Of a stretch of DNA of 43,975 nt, positions 1-11,028 are shown one piece after another. How positions within the stretch are numbered: the first letter of the stretch is position 1; every line of letters starts with the position of its first letter. The notes beneath the pieces are model-generated. The model saw only the letters and a list, made by a program, of their open reading frames with translations. It did no database searches and was not told where the DNA came from. Both the position numbers and the translations under genes were made by a program. The stretch is from positions 1 to 43,975 of the forward strand of contig DATJVW010000023.1 in assembly GCA_035501675.1 (NCBI GenBank), read 5' to 3'. This DNA is from Burkholderiales bacterium. Its GTDB lineage: Bacteria; Pseudomonadota; Gammaproteobacteria; Burkholderiales; SHXO01.

Positions 1-744
1 ATAGATCTCTTCGACGCCGGCACGACTCGGCCGCAGCGCAGCGAGTTTGCGCCGCAGGATCTCGGGCTGCGCATAGAACGCATCCTCCGAGGCGACCGCG
101 TAAGAATGCGCTCCGTGTGGCTCGTCGTTCCCTTCGCTGAAATTCGCCGTCCACAGCGACCCGATCGAGCTATGGGGCAGCAGCGCCAACGGCGCGAACA
201 CGACCAGCGCGACGATCCCGAAGTGCAGCAGCTTGGCGCTCGGTCTTCTGCGCGTGAGGCACAGCAGGGCGAACCCCGCCGTGAGCAGCCACCACAGGTG
301 CGGGCCCCAATCCAGCGCCATGAACTGTGCACGCTCGGAGAGGTCGAGCCAGCCCGCATCCATCGCCAGGCCCAGCACGGTCGCGGCCAAGATCGCGTAC
401 GGGCGCGCGCACAGCACGGCAACCGACAACTGCAGCGCCAGCGCGGGATCACGCTCGCGCCGTGAAACGACGTGGGCTGCGAGCAGCAGCAAGGGCAAGT
501 AGAACAGTGCGCCGGGCAGCCCCCAGAAATTCAAGCGGCCGTCCGTGCCCCACGCCGACAGGTCGGACAGAAAATTGAGCACCAGGTCGATCAGGACCAG
601 GGCGATGAGCTGTTCGACGCTGGCGGCGAAGGAGTGCGACTCGACGCGGCGAAATAGCGCCAGCCGCAAGCCGGAGCGCAAATTGCGAAGCAGGTCTGTG
701 GAAAACCGCGAGGCGGCGTCTATGAGCCGGTGCGATTCGGACAT
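1..744 (-). CDS. Polytopic membrane protein, N-terminal part only (C-terminus runs off the window start). Possibly the membrane anchor of a peptidase C13-like family protein.
   Basis: Absent from the ORF track because it has no stop in the window. A reverse-strand ATG at 744-742 opens a frame that stays open to base 1 (248 codons): MSESHRLIDAASRFSTDLLRNLRSGLRLALFRR... It contains several hydrophobic helices (LIALVLIDLVLNFL, GALFYLPLLLLAAHVV, LAATVLGLAM, LWWLLTAGFALLCL, FGIVALVVFAPLALL). It lies 19 bp downstream of lpxH on the same strand. The family guess is from memory and weak. Confidence 0.6.
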   Translation of the reverse strand, partial: MSESHRLIDAASRFSTDLLRNLRSGLRLALFRRVESHSFAASVEQLIALVLIDLVLNFLSDLSAWGTDGRLNFWGLPGALFYLPLLLLAAHVVSRRERDPALALQLSVAVLCARPYAILAATVLGLAMDAGWLDLSERAQFMALDWGPHLWWLLTAGFALLCLTRRRPSAKLLHFGIVALVVFAPLALLPHSSIGSLWTANFSEGNDEPHGAHSYAVASEDAFYAQPEILRRKLAALRPSRAGVEEIY

Positions 745-763
745 CGGGAGCAGGCGCGATGCG

Positions 764-1489
764 TCAGGCGAGGTCCACGGAGAGGCAACCTTCGCGATCC
801 ACACGCAAGTATTGGCCGTGACGATACCAGTCGGCCAGGACCCACCGTTCGCAACGCCTCCCGTCTACGATGTGCATATGGTGCGCCGGGCGATGGGTGT
901 GGCCGTGGATCATGCGGGCGCAACCGCTGTCGCGAAAGCTCTGTTCCACCGCGGACGGCGTCACGTCCATGATCTCCGCCCCCATCCGCTGTTTTCTGCG
1001 TTCGCTTCTGGCGCGCGCGCGCTCGATCCTGGCGCGCCGCAACCAGAGGGGCTGCAGCAGGAATAGGCGCTGCCAGCAGCGGTTGCGTGCGCGCCGCCGG
1101 AACGCCTGGTAGCGCTTGTCATCGGTGCACAGCGTGTCGCCGTGCAGCAGCACGGTGCGGGTGCCGTAGAGATTGAGGATCGTGGGGTCTTCGAGCAGCC
1201 GCACGCCGGAAGCATGCACAAAGCCCTCGAGCATCAGAAAGTCGCGGTTCCCATGCATCAGGTAGACCGGTACAGCGGCCTCGACCAAGGTCTTCAGCGC
1301 TGAGGCTACTCGCGCATTCAGCGGATCGCGCAGGTCGTCATCGCCGGCCCAGTACTCGAACAGGTCGCCGAGGATGTACAGGGCTTCGGCAGCGCGCCCC
1401 GGGCCCTCTAGGAACTCGAAGAAGACGCGGTTGATCTCGGGGCGCGTGCGAGTGAGGTGCAGGTCGGAAATGAAGGCCGTGTAAGGCAC
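764..1489 (-). CDS. lpxH: UDP-2,3-diacylglucosamine diphosphatase (lipid A biosynthesis)
   Basis: 241 aa. Calcineurin-like metallophosphoesterase motifs are present in LpxH order (FISDLHL, ILGDLFEYW, HGNRDF, LLHGDTLC, IHGHTHRP). Confidence 0.9.
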   Translation of the reverse strand: MPYTAFISDLHLTRTRPEINRVFFEFLEGPGRAAEALYILGDLFEYWAGDDDLRDPLNARVASALKTLVEAAVPVYLMHGNRDFLMLEGFVHASGVRLLEDPTILNLYGTRTVLLHGDTLCTDDKRYQAFRRRARNRCWQRLFLLQPLWLRRARIERARARSERRKQRMGAEIMDVTPSAVEQSFRDSGCARMIHGHTHRPAHHMHIVDGRRCERWVLADWYRHGQYLRVDREGCLSVDLA

Positions 1490-1546
1490 CGCCTTTCACC
1501 CCTTCGCGCGTCTAGTCGGCTCGCCCCTGCACTGGGCGCACGGTGT

Positions 1547-2038
1547 CTAGACCTCTTCTGCTTTGGCAATCACCACGTCCTCAACCGGCACATCGCTGTG
1601 CATCCCGCGCGTGGTGGTGGCCACCTTCTTGATCTGGTCGACGACCGCCGTGCCGTCCACTACCCGCCCGAACACACAGTAGCCGAACTGGCTCGCGTTG
1701 GGCGCGCGAAAGTCGAGGAACGCGTTGTCCGTGACGTTGATGAAGAACTGGCTCGAGGCGGAGTGAGGATCGGGCGTGCGCGCCATCGCGACGGTGTAGG
1801 CCTGGTTCTTCAACCCGTTCTGCGCCTCGTTCTTGATCGAACCGCGGGTCGGCTTCTGCTTCATCCCGGGTTCGAACCCGCCGCCCTGAACCATGAAGCC
1901 GTCGATGACGCGGTGAAAGATCGTGTCGCTGTAAAAGCCGCTGTTGACGTACGCCAGGAAGTTTTCCACGGTTTCCGGCGCCTTCTCGGCGTCCAGATCT
2001 AGCGTGATCACGCCGAAGTTGGTGTGCAGTTTGACCAT
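1547..2038 (-). CDS. ppiB: Cytoplasmic cyclophilin-type peptidyl-prolyl cis-trans isomerase B
   Basis: 163 aa with no signal peptide. It has the cyclophilin core [15 protein letters not shown] and SQFFIN. Confidence 0.92.
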   Translation of the reverse strand: MVKLHTNFGVITLDLDAEKAPETVENFLAYVNSGFYSDTIFHRVIDGFMVQGGGFEPGMKQKPTRGSIKNEAQNGLKNQAYTVAMARTPDPHSASSQFFINVTDNAFLDFRAPNASQFGYCVFGRVVDGTAVVDQIKKVATTTRGMHSDVPVEDVVIAKAEEV

Positions 2039-2093
2039 CGATTGTCTCCTAATCGTTGCCGAGCGCCCGCACGCGCGCAGCGGACCGGCCTGT

Positions 2094-3320
2094 CTAACCC
2101 GCCCCTTCGTACAGGATCTTCCAGATACCTCCTTCGCGGATCCAGTACTGGCGCTTTCTCATCTTGTTGGACAGATTGCTGCTGCTGTAGTCCTGGAAGA
2201 AGCTGATCACGGCGAGATCGTCGCGTCCCGGGTACAGGAACATGGAGACGGCCGACAAACGCACTTTGATCCACTCCTTAGCCCCGTTCACGCGCCGCTT
2301 CTGTGCCGACCATCCGGCCAGGTTCATGTTTTCGGCGGCGAAGGATCGTGCATAGTACTGCAGGTAGCGCTCCGTGTTGCGGCCCTCCCAGTCCGCCCGC
2401 CAGCGCTCGAGGCGCTCGCTCAGCCCGGCGCGCAGCGCCTGGGCCATCGACGCGTCGATCCAGTCCACGTGGTCAGCGATGATCACCGGTGTGAGTCCGA
2501 TCTGCACACGCTTGGCGAGTTCGTCCAGGTCTTCGTTGGCCAGCACCACGCAGCCGTCGCTGGCGCGCGGCGGACGGCTGTAGGTGTCGCGCGGCGTGCC
2601 GTGCAACCAGATTCCATGGCCGTTGCGGCCTTGGCGGGCGTCCCACTCGTTTGGATAGCTGAGCGGAAACGCCCCGCTGCCGTAGAACGCGTCGAGCTTG
2701 GCGCGCGGGAGCTCGCTGGTGACGTGATACACGCCGAGCGGCGTCTTCTTGTCACCCTCGCGCAGCTTATTGGTCCCGTTCTTGCCCACCGTGATGTAGT
2801 AGTCGGTGAGGTAACGCGGCGTCCCGTCGCGGTTCTCGAACAAGTACAAGGTGGAACTGGCCGTGTCTACCACCACCGCATAGCGCTGCTCCGGCTGCAG
2901 CCGCAGCAGGTATTTGGGCACGCGATCCTTGGGCGGCTGCAGGGTGTAGCGCGTGAGCCGCGCGCGCGCTTCGTCGCGCAGGTCGTTGAGGCGGTCGGCT
3001 GGAGCGTCCGCTGCGCCCAGGGTGGGAATCGGTCGCGCGCGCGCCATCAGGAGATCGCCCCTCACCAGCTGGGCGAGGCGGAAGTCGGGTTTCACCGCGA
3101 GCAATGCGTCGACGCGCTCGAGCGCAGCGCCCAGACGGTTGTTGCGGATGTCGATCAGGGCCTCGACGAGCATGGTTTCGGGCATGTGCAAAACGCGACT
3201 CAGGCGTGCCGGGTGGCTGCCCATGGCAGACACGTCGCCCGCCAGAATCGCGGTCGCGAGCTGTGGGAGCGCCATGGCACGCACGCGCGCGCCATGGCGC
3301 AAGGCGAACTTCTGGATCAC
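2094..3320 (-). CDS. L,D-transpeptidase (YkuD) family protein with a C-terminal NTF2/SnoaL-like module
   Basis: 408 aa. YkuD catalytic signature: HGIWLHGTP ... SDGCVVL. The GTG start overlaps the upstream TPR gene stop (GTGA at 3317-3320). The C-terminal ~100 aa resemble the C-terminus of the TPR protein. Confidence 0.8.
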   Translation of the reverse strand: MIQKFALRHGARVRAMALPQLATAILAGDVSAMGSHPARLSRVLHMPETMLVEALIDIRNNRLGAALERVDALLAVKPDFRLAQLVRGDLLMARARPIPTLGAADAPADRLNDLRDEARARLTRYTLQPPKDRVPKYLLRLQPEQRYAVVVDTASSTLYLFENRDGTPRYLTDYYITVGKNGTNKLREGDKKTPLGVYHVTSELPRAKLDAFYGSGAFPLSYPNEWDARQGRNGHGIWLHGTPRDTYSRPPRASDGCVVLANEDLDELAKRVQIGLTPVIIADHVDWIDASMAQALRAGLSERLERWRADWEGRNTERYLQYYARSFAAENMNLAGWSAQKRRVNGAKEWIKVRLSAVSMFLYPGRDDLAVISFFQDYSSSNLSNKMRKRQYWIREGGIWKILYEGAG

Positions 3321-4330
3321 TTGTCGATTAATTCCTGCTGAATCAGCCAGCGGTCGCCGAGGCGCACCACCTTCAACGACTTGGTCCCGACCGCCTTGAG
3401 ATTAGCCGAACTGTAGCTTTGGCGAAAGGTGACGACCGCGTGCGTGTTATCGGCAAACTTGACGCGTGGTGAAGTCGCAGTGACTTTGATTTTCCTGGGT
3501 TTGGCCAGCCGTTGCCGGCGCGCGGCTTCCCAATCCTTGCGCGCTTCGCCATTGGGGGTCACGAAATCAGGGGCATAGAAGCTCAGGTAAGCGCCTGCGT
3601 CGTTGTTGGACCACGCGCGCGCCCAACCCTCCAGCATCTTCACCACCGCGTCAGTCGCATCGCCGTCCGCCGGCCCCTTCTCGCCCCCGGGCTTTGCCTC
3701 CGTCGGCTGCTCGGCAGGTTTTGGCGCAGGCGACACCTGCTGCGCGTCCGGCTTGGACACAGGCGGAACTATGGGCTTGTCCGGTTCTGCGCGGGCCAGG
3801 ATCGCGGCGCTGTTGGTCGGGACCAACTCCTTGATCAGCGCCAACTTCTTGCGGGCGGTGGCGTTGCTGCTATCGAGTTGCAGCGCTTTGTCGTAAGCCT
3901 GACTGGCGAGAGTCGCGTAGATGTCCCCGAGGTTCTCGTGTGCGATGGCGTAACTGGGGTGCGTGCGAATCGCCATCTCTAAGGCCTTGCGCGCCTTCTG
4001 GTAGTCGCCTTGGCCGGCGTAGAGCACGGCCAGGTTGTTGTACGGTTCGGGCAATTCGGGGTAGTCCTGGGTGAGCTCCGTGAACACCTTGATCGCATCT
4101 TCCGTCTTGCCCTGCTCGGTCAGGATCACGCCCTTGAGAAAGCGCGCTCGAGCATCCTTGGGATGCTGCGTAAGGAAGGCGTTGACGCGGTCGAGCGCGT
4201 CGGCACGCTTACCGTCCTTGAAGAGTCGGGCGGCATCCTGGTAGTCGTCTGCCCAGACCATCCCGGTGCAGATCCCGCCGCCGAATGAGACGATCAGGAC
4301 GGCGAGTATTCCGAAGCGATACGGGGTCAT
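3317..4330 (-). CDS. Secreted TPR-repeat protein with a Pro/Lys-rich linker and a C-terminal NTF2/SnoaL-like module
   Basis: 337 aa. N-terminal hydrophobic signal-like segment (FGILAVLIVSFGGGICTGMVWA). TPR-like repeats (ARFLKGVILTEQGKTEDAIKVF, YNNLAVLYAGQGDYQKARKALEMAI, HENLGDIYATLASQAYDKAL). Low-complexity linker PVSKPDAQQVSPAPKPAEQPTEAKP. Confidence 0.8.
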   Translation of the reverse strand: MTPYRFGILAVLIVSFGGGICTGMVWADDYQDAARLFKDGKRADALDRVNAFLTQHPKDARARFLKGVILTEQGKTEDAIKVFTELTQDYPELPEPYNNLAVLYAGQGDYQKARKALEMAIRTHPSYAIAHENLGDIYATLASQAYDKALQLDSSNATARKKLALIKELVPTNSAAILARAEPDKPIVPPVSKPDAQQVSPAPKPAEQPTEAKPGGEKGPADGDATDAVVKMLEGWARAWSNNDAGAYLSFYAPDFVTPNGEARKDWEAARRQRLAKPRKIKVTATSPRVKFADNTHAVVTFRQSYSSANLKAVGTKSLKVVRLGDRWLIQQELIDK

Positions 4331-4471
4331 TGTGCTATACTTTTTTCGAAATTTCGCAGCTAGGTCTTTGTAATTCTAGCATATTTTAACAATAAGCCTC
4401 ATCGCACCACAAAATTCTTCCGCATCGCGCGCTGCCTCTTGCAGCCGGCGTGCCAGGCTACATTCCACCCC
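4331..4471. promoter_or_regulatory. AT-rich divergent promoter region between the TPR-ldt-ppiB-lpxH block and cysS
   Basis: The stretch 4331-4400 (tgtgctatacttttttcgaaatttcgcagctaggtctttgtaattctagcatattttaacaataagcc) is strikingly AT-rich for this window. On the minus strand it contains TGCTAGAAT, an extended -10-like motif. No transcription start data. Confidence 0.35.
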
Positions 4472-5893
4472 ATGCTTAAGGTCTATAACTCACTCACGCG
4501 CCAGAAGCAGGATCTCGTACCGATCGAGCCGGGCCGGGTCGGGATGTACGTCTGCGGGATGACCCCATACGACTACTCGCACATCGGGCACGCTCGCGTC
4601 TTCGTGGTCTACGACATGATGCGCCGCTGGCTCCAGAGTTCCGGGCTGGTGGTGCGGTACGTGCGCAATATCACCGACATCGATGACAAGATTATCAAGC
4701 GTGCGCACGACAACGGCGAAGACATCGCGTCGCTGGCCGGGCGCTTCATCCGCTGCACGGACGAGGATGAGGCTGCGCTCGGCGTCGCCAAGCCGGACTT
4801 CGAGCCGCGTGCCACGCAACACATACCGGACATGCTGCGAATGATCCAGGAGCTGGTCGACCGGGGAATCGCATACCAGGGCCCGAACGGCGACGTCTAT
4901 TATTCCGTGCACAAGTTTCCTGACTATGGCAAGTTGTCGGGAAAGTCGCTGGAGGACTTGCGGGCCGGGGAGCGCGTGGATATCGACCCGGCCAAGCAAG
5001 ACCCGCTCGACTTCGTGCTGTGGAAGTCCGCGAAGCCGGGCGAGCCGGCGTGGGACTCACCCTGGGGCAAGGGGCGCCCGGGCTGGCACATCGAGTGCTC
5101 GGCGATGAGCGAGCATTTCCTCGGCAGCCATTTCGACCTCCACGGCGGCGGCCAGGATCTGTTGTTCCCCCACCACGAGAACGAAATCGCCCAGTCCGAA
5201 GGCGCGCACGGCCACGCCTTCGTCAACTACTGGCTGCACAACGGGTTCGTGCGCGTGGACAACGAGAAGATGTCCAAGTCGCTGGGCAACTTCTTCAGCG
5301 TGCGCGAGGTGCTGGCGCGCTTCGATCCGGAGGTGCTGCGCTTCTTCATCCTGCGCGCCCACTATCGCAGTCCGCTCAACTACTCCGACCAGCACCTGGA
5401 AGACGCGCGCGCCGGGCTGACCCGGTTGTATACCGCGCTGCGCGATACCCCGCCGGCGAGCGTCGAGATAGACTGGCGAGGGCCCCTTGCCGTGCGCTTC
5501 AAGGAGGCCATGGACGACGACTTCAACACGGCCGAGGCGTGCGCGGCTTTGTTCGATCTGGCGAGCGAGATCAACCGGACGCACTCGTCCAACGATGCCG
5601 GGCTGCTTAAGGCGTTAGGCGGAGTACTGGGCCTGCTGCAGCGACCGGCGGAAGAGTACTTGCAGGGGGTCGTAGCGCTGGGCAACGTCGAGATCACTAC
5701 ACACGCCAAGGTTCACTTAGACGGCGCTACCTCAGTGCTCTCGCGCGAGCAAATTCAGGCCAAGATCGCTCAGCGCGCCGCGGCCCGCCAGGCGAAGAGC
5801 TTCGCCGAGTCCGACCGCATCCGCGACGAGCTTCTGGCGGCAGGGATCGTGCTGGAGGACGGCGCGGCCGGTACGACCTGGAGACGGCGCTAG
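4472..5893 (+). CDS. cysS: Cysteine--tRNA ligase
   Basis: Class I aaRS motifs HIGH (YSHIGHARV) and KMSKS (EKMSKSLGN). The start is moved from the track's 4439 to ATG 4472 ([13 protein letters not shown]), which matches the usual CysS N-terminus. Confidence 0.93.
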   Translation: MLKVYNSLTRQKQDLVPIEPGRVGMYVCGMTPYDYSHIGHARVFVVYDMMRRWLQSSGLVVRYVRNITDIDDKIIKRAHDNGEDIASLAGRFIRCTDEDEAALGVAKPDFEPRATQHIPDMLRMIQELVDRGIAYQGPNGDVYYSVHKFPDYGKLSGKSLEDLRAGERVDIDPAKQDPLDFVLWKSAKPGEPAWDSPWGKGRPGWHIECSAMSEHFLGSHFDLHGGGQDLLFPHHENEIAQSEGAHGHAFVNYWLHNGFVRVDNEKMSKSLGNFFSVREVLARFDPEVLRFFILRAHYRSPLNYSDQHLEDARAGLTRLYTALRDTPPASVEIDWRGPLAVRFKEAMDDDFNTAEACAALFDLASEINRTHSSNDAGLLKALGGVLGLLQRPAEEYLQGVVALGNVEITTHAKVHLDGATSVLSREQIQAKIAQRAAARQAKSFAESDRIRDELLAAGIVLEDGAAGTTWRRR

Positions 5894-5928
5894 TCGAAAC
5901 GAACGACGCACCACACAGGAGGACAGCG

Positions 5929-7602
5929 ATGGCGAGGAGCGTGCAGGCCCGGCAGGACGCGGAGCAGCGGGAGCTGTTGTTCGCCGCGGTCGACGCGTCG
6001 GATCAGATCGTCATGATCACCGGCGCCGACCAGCGGATCGTCTATGTCAACGGCGCGTTCACGCGGGTCACCGGCTACGCTCCGAGCGAGGCGCTCGGGC
6101 GCGACCCGCGCTTCCTGCAGGGCCCGGGCACCTGCCAGGCGACGCGGGGGAACCTGCGCGAGGCGATCCAAAAGGGTACGCGCGTGAACGCGGAGCTCGT
6201 CAACTATCGCAAGTCGGGCGAGCCCTATTGGGTGGATGTGTCGATCGTGCCCGTCGGCAACCGGGCCGGGGCCATCACTCATTGGATTGCGATCGAGCGC
6301 GAGATCACGGCCCGGAAGGCGCAGGAAGAGGAGATCACGCGCCTGGCCATGGAAGACCATCTGACCGGCCTGCCCAACCGGCGGGCGGCGGAGACCCGGC
6401 TGCAGGTCGAGTGGAGCCGCGCGCGGCGCAACGGGTCGACCTTCGCCGTCGCGCTGGTGGACGTGGACCGCTTCAAGCTGGTAAACGATCAGTATGGCCA
6501 CCACGTCGGCGACCTCGCCCTGGTCCATCTGGCGAAACTGCTGGCCTCCAACATGCGCGGGGGCGACTGGATCGCGCGCTGGGGTGGCGAGGAGTTCCTG
6601 GCCTGCTTCAACGACCTCGACGCCCCCGGCGCGTTGACCGCCGGCGAGCGCGTCCGCAAGCTCGTCCGCAGCAAGCCCGTCAAGCTGCCGCAAGGCGATC
6701 TGCCGCTGACTGTCAGCGCCGGCATAGCCCTGTGCGGGCCCGCCTCGGACTCGCTCGACGCCGTGCTCGCCAGCGCGGACGCCCTGCTGTACCAGGCCAA
6801 GCAGAACGGGCGCGACAAGGTGCTGTGCGCCGGTGTGTCGCGCGGAAGGCGCGGGGGCTCGGTGTGGGAGGGATCCCAGGTGCAGACAGCGCTGCACGAG
6901 GGCCGCGTCGTTCCGGCCTATCAACCGATCGTGGACCTGCGCAGCGGAGATGTCGTGGGCGAGGAGGCGCTGGCAAGGATCGTGGGTGCCGGCAACGGAC
7001 CGATCGCGGCGCAGCGTTTCATCGCAGCCGCGGAGCAGCTCCGATTGGTGGCGGCGATCGATCGGACCGTTTCGCAGCGGGCGCTGGAACGGGTGGCCGG
7101 ATCCGGGAAAAAGGGGGAGGGCAAGGCGCGCCTCATCAACCTCTCCGCCCAGTTCTTGGCCGATCCCGACCACGTATCCGCGCTCCTGGGACATGCGCGT
7201 ACGCTCGGCCTATTGGGTAACGGCCATGCCAACCCGGTCGTGATCGAGATTACCGAGCGCCAGACCGACGACCTGGTCGGATTGCAGCGCGACCTGCAGC
7301 CCCTCGTCGATGCGGGTTTCCGGTTGGCCTTGGACGACTTCGGCAGCGGTTACTCTTCGTTCATGTACCTGACCGATCTGCCCATGAGCTTCCTGAAGAT
7401 CGAGGGCTGGATGGTCGGTCGCATCGCTGGCGATCCGCGCATCCGCCGGTTGGTGGAGAGCATCGTCAACACCGCGGCGCGCTTCGAGCTGAAAACCATA
7501 GCAGAGTGCGTAGAAACAGGGGAAAGCGCGCAGGTGCTGTGCGACATCGGCGTGGACTGGGCGCAGGGGCACTACTTTGCCAAGCCGCAGATGGTCGCGT
7601 AG
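5929..7602 (+). CDS. Cyclic-di-GMP signalling protein with LOV-like PAS, GGDEF and EAL domains
   Basis: 557 aa. AGGAGG lies 6 nt upstream. PAS segment with GRDPRFLQGP. GGDEF domain with an intact RWGGEEF. EAL domain with QPIVDL, GEEALAR and DDFGSGYSS. Confidence 0.88.
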   Translation: MARSVQARQDAEQRELLFAAVDASDQIVMITGADQRIVYVNGAFTRVTGYAPSEALGRDPRFLQGPGTCQATRGNLREAIQKGTRVNAELVNYRKSGEPYWVDVSIVPVGNRAGAITHWIAIEREITARKAQEEEITRLAMEDHLTGLPNRRAAETRLQVEWSRARRNGSTFAVALVDVDRFKLVNDQYGHHVGDLALVHLAKLLASNMRGGDWIARWGGEEFLACFNDLDAPGALTAGERVRKLVRSKPVKLPQGDLPLTVSAGIALCGPASDSLDAVLASADALLYQAKQNGRDKVLCAGVSRGRRGGSVWEGSQVQTALHEGRVVPAYQPIVDLRSGDVVGEEALARIVGAGNGPIAAQRFIAAAEQLRLVAAIDRTVSQRALERVAGSGKKGEGKARLINLSAQFLADPDHVSALLGHARTLGLLGNGHANPVVIEITERQTDDLVGLQRDLQPLVDAGFRLALDDFGSGYSSFMYLTDLPMSFLKIEGWMVGRIAGDPRIRRLVESIVNTAARFELKTIAECVETGESAQVLCDIGVDWAQGHYFAKPQMVA

Positions 7603-7739
7603 TTCGTGATTCGTGGCTCGTTGCACGGATGGTCCCAGCGCCATCGAACTCGGTGGAGGTGCCTCGGCGCTTTCAACCATTGAGCTAGAAACGCGGCGGT
7701 ACTTTACGAGCCACGAATCACGAACCACGAGCCACGAAC
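7602..7739. repeat. Heptad-array inverted-repeat element, copy A. It fills the whole convergent spacer between the GGDEF-EAL gene and dnaJ.
   Basis: Left arm 7602-7620 (GTTCGTGATTCGTGGCTCG) is the exact reverse complement of 7707-7725 (CGAGCCACGAATCACGAAC), a 19 bp match. The right arm continues as heptads CGAGCCA CGAATCA CGAACCA CGAGCCA CGAAC to 7739. The element abuts both stop codons. Confidence 0.8.
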
Positions 7740-8858
7740 TCAGGCCTGGAAGAACTCCTTGACTTTCTCCATCCACGATTTTGCTCGCGGATTGTGCTTG
7801 CCGGCTTCCTGCTGATCGATCGCATCGAGCTCGAGCAGAAGCTCCTTCTGACGCGGCGTGAGATGGACGGGTGTTTCCACCACGACGTGGCACAGCAGGT
7901 CGCCGTACAGCTGGCTGCGCACGTTCTTGATGCCCTTGCCGCGCAGCCGGAACACTTTGCCGGACTGGGTTTCGGCCGGAACGCGGATCTTCGCGGACCC
8001 CTCCAAGGTGGGGATCTCAATCTCGCCGCCGAGCGCCGCAGTGGTGATGCTGACCGGCATTTCGCAATGTAAGTCGTTTGCGTCGCGCTTGAATACCGGG
8101 TGCGGCTTGATCCGGCATACGACATACAGATCCCCGGGCGGGCCGCCGTTGACGCCTGCCTCCCCTTCGCCCGACAAGCGGATGCGGTCGCCCTCGTCCA
8201 CGCCGGCGGGAATCTTCACCGACAGCGTTTTCTGGCGCTTGACGCGGCCCGCGCCGTGGCAGCTGGCGCAAGGGTCGCGAATCACCTTGCCCCCGCCATT
8301 GCAGCGCGGGCAAGTCTGGGCAATCGAGAAGAAGCCCTGCTGAATGCGCACTTGCCCATGGCCCCCACAGGCCTGGCAGGTGGTAGGTTCGGTGCCGGGT
8401 TTTGCGCCCAAGCCGCGGCACACGTCGCATTCCTGCAGCGTGGGGATGCGGATCTTGGTCTCCGTCCCGCGCGCAGCTTCCTCCAGATTGATCTCGAGGT
8501 TGTAGCGCAGATCGGCGCCGCGATAGACGTTGGAGCGAGTGCGCCCGGCCCCGAAGATCTCGCTGAAGATGTCTCCGAAGGCGTCGGCAAAGCCTCCGAA
8601 GCCCGCTCCGGCAGCGCCCGCGCCCGCGCGGGCATCGACGCCTGCGTGGCCGAATCGATCGTAGGCGGCGCGCTTGTCCGGGTCGCACAGAACCTCGTAC
8701 GCCTCCTTCGCCTCTTTGAACTTCTCCTCCGCCTTCGCATTGTCCGGATTGCGGTCCGGATGATGCTGCATGGCGAGCTTGCGGTAGGCTTTCTTGATGT
8801 CTTCTTCCGAGGCATCGCGGCTAACGCCGAGCACCTCGTAGTAATCCCTTTTGGCCAT
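7740..8858 (-). CDS. dnaJ: Molecular chaperone DnaJ
   Basis: J domain ([12 protein letters not shown] ... HHPDRNP), a Gly-rich linker and four CxxCxGxG zinc-finger repeats ([32 protein letters not shown]). The start is moved from 8906 to ATG 8858. Confidence 0.93.
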   Translation of the reverse strand: MAKRDYYEVLGVSRDASEEDIKKAYRKLAMQHHPDRNPDNAKAEEKFKEAKEAYEVLCDPDKRAAYDRFGHAGVDARAGAGAAGAGFGGFADAFGDIFSEIFGAGRTRSNVYRGADLRYNLEINLEEAARGTETKIRIPTLQECDVCRGLGAKPGTEPTTCQACGGHGQVRIQQGFFSIAQTCPRCNGGGKVIRDPCASCHGAGRVKRQKTLSVKIPAGVDEGDRIRLSGEGEAGVNGGPPGDLYVVCRIKPHPVFKRDANDLHCEMPVSITTAALGGEIEIPTLEGSAKIRVPAETQSGKVFRLRGKGIKNVRSQLYGDLLCHVVVETPVHLTPRQKELLLELDAIDQQEAGKHNPRAKSWMEKVKEFFQA

Positions 8859-8945
8859 GCAGTTCCAGTCTTCCCCGAACACGCAACCGGCCGGATCGAG
8901 CGGCATCGACCGTGGTCGATGTCCACTCCATCCGGCCAGTCAGGA

Positions 8946-8994
8946 CGTCACGCCTGGTGACGCGCAAATGTCCACTCACGCATGTGGCGTGACG
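8946..8994 (-). other. Stem-loop in the 138 bp dnaK-dnaJ spacer
   Basis: CGTCACGCC (8946-8954) is the reverse complement of GGCGTGACG (8986-8994). A nested GTCAC/GTGAC hairpin is also present. No T-tract. The function (attenuation or processing) is an inference. Confidence 0.3.
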
Positions 8995-8996
8995 GC

Positions 8997-10925
<1,929 letters not shown>

Positions 10926-10960
10926 TTGTGCGTTCCTCGCTTCCGATTCAGGATCTTTTT

Positions 10961-10977
10961 GCCTCTGGGCAAGAGGC
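10961..10977 (-). other. Short hairpin in the presumed dnaK 5' UTR
   Basis: GCCTCT-GGGCA-AGAGGC (6 bp stem) sits between the sigma32-like promoter and the dnaK Shine-Dalgarno (GAGGAA). Significance unknown. Confidence 0.25.
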
Positions 10978-10978
10978 T

Positions 10979-11007
10979 AGTTTTGGGTGGCAAGCCGGGG
11001 TTTCAAG
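10979..11007 (-). promoter_or_regulatory. Sigma32-like heat-shock promoter for dnaK-dnaJ
   Basis: Minus strand reads CTTGAAA-CCCCGGCTTGCCA-CCCAAAACT. The -35 matches the sigma32 consensus CTTGAAA exactly. The -10 matches CCCCATNT only partially. Confidence 0.4.
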
Positions 11008-11028
11008 CAGAATGGAGTCGAACCCGTC

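Noticed and set aside
7640-7706. A tRNA-like fragment in the centre of repeat copy A. On the reverse strand it reads TAGCTCAATGGTTGAAAGCGCC ... GAGTTCGATGGCGCTGGGACCA, resembling a D-arm, a T-loop and a CCA end.
   Set aside because: It cannot fold into a cloverleaf. The acceptor 5' strand (GCGTTTC) has no complement, the T-stem does not pair, and no anticodon arm forms. At best it is a degraded tRNA-derived remnant, and it may be chance. The centres of the other two repeat copies are not homologous to it.
11008-11028. A GGGTTCGACTCC T-loop-like motif (reverse strand) in the grpE-dnaK spacer, which might hint at a tRNA.
   Set aside because: The flanking bases do not form a T-stem (ACGGG versus CCATT), and no acceptor or anticodon arms exist. 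The sequence overlaps the sigma32-like promoter region.
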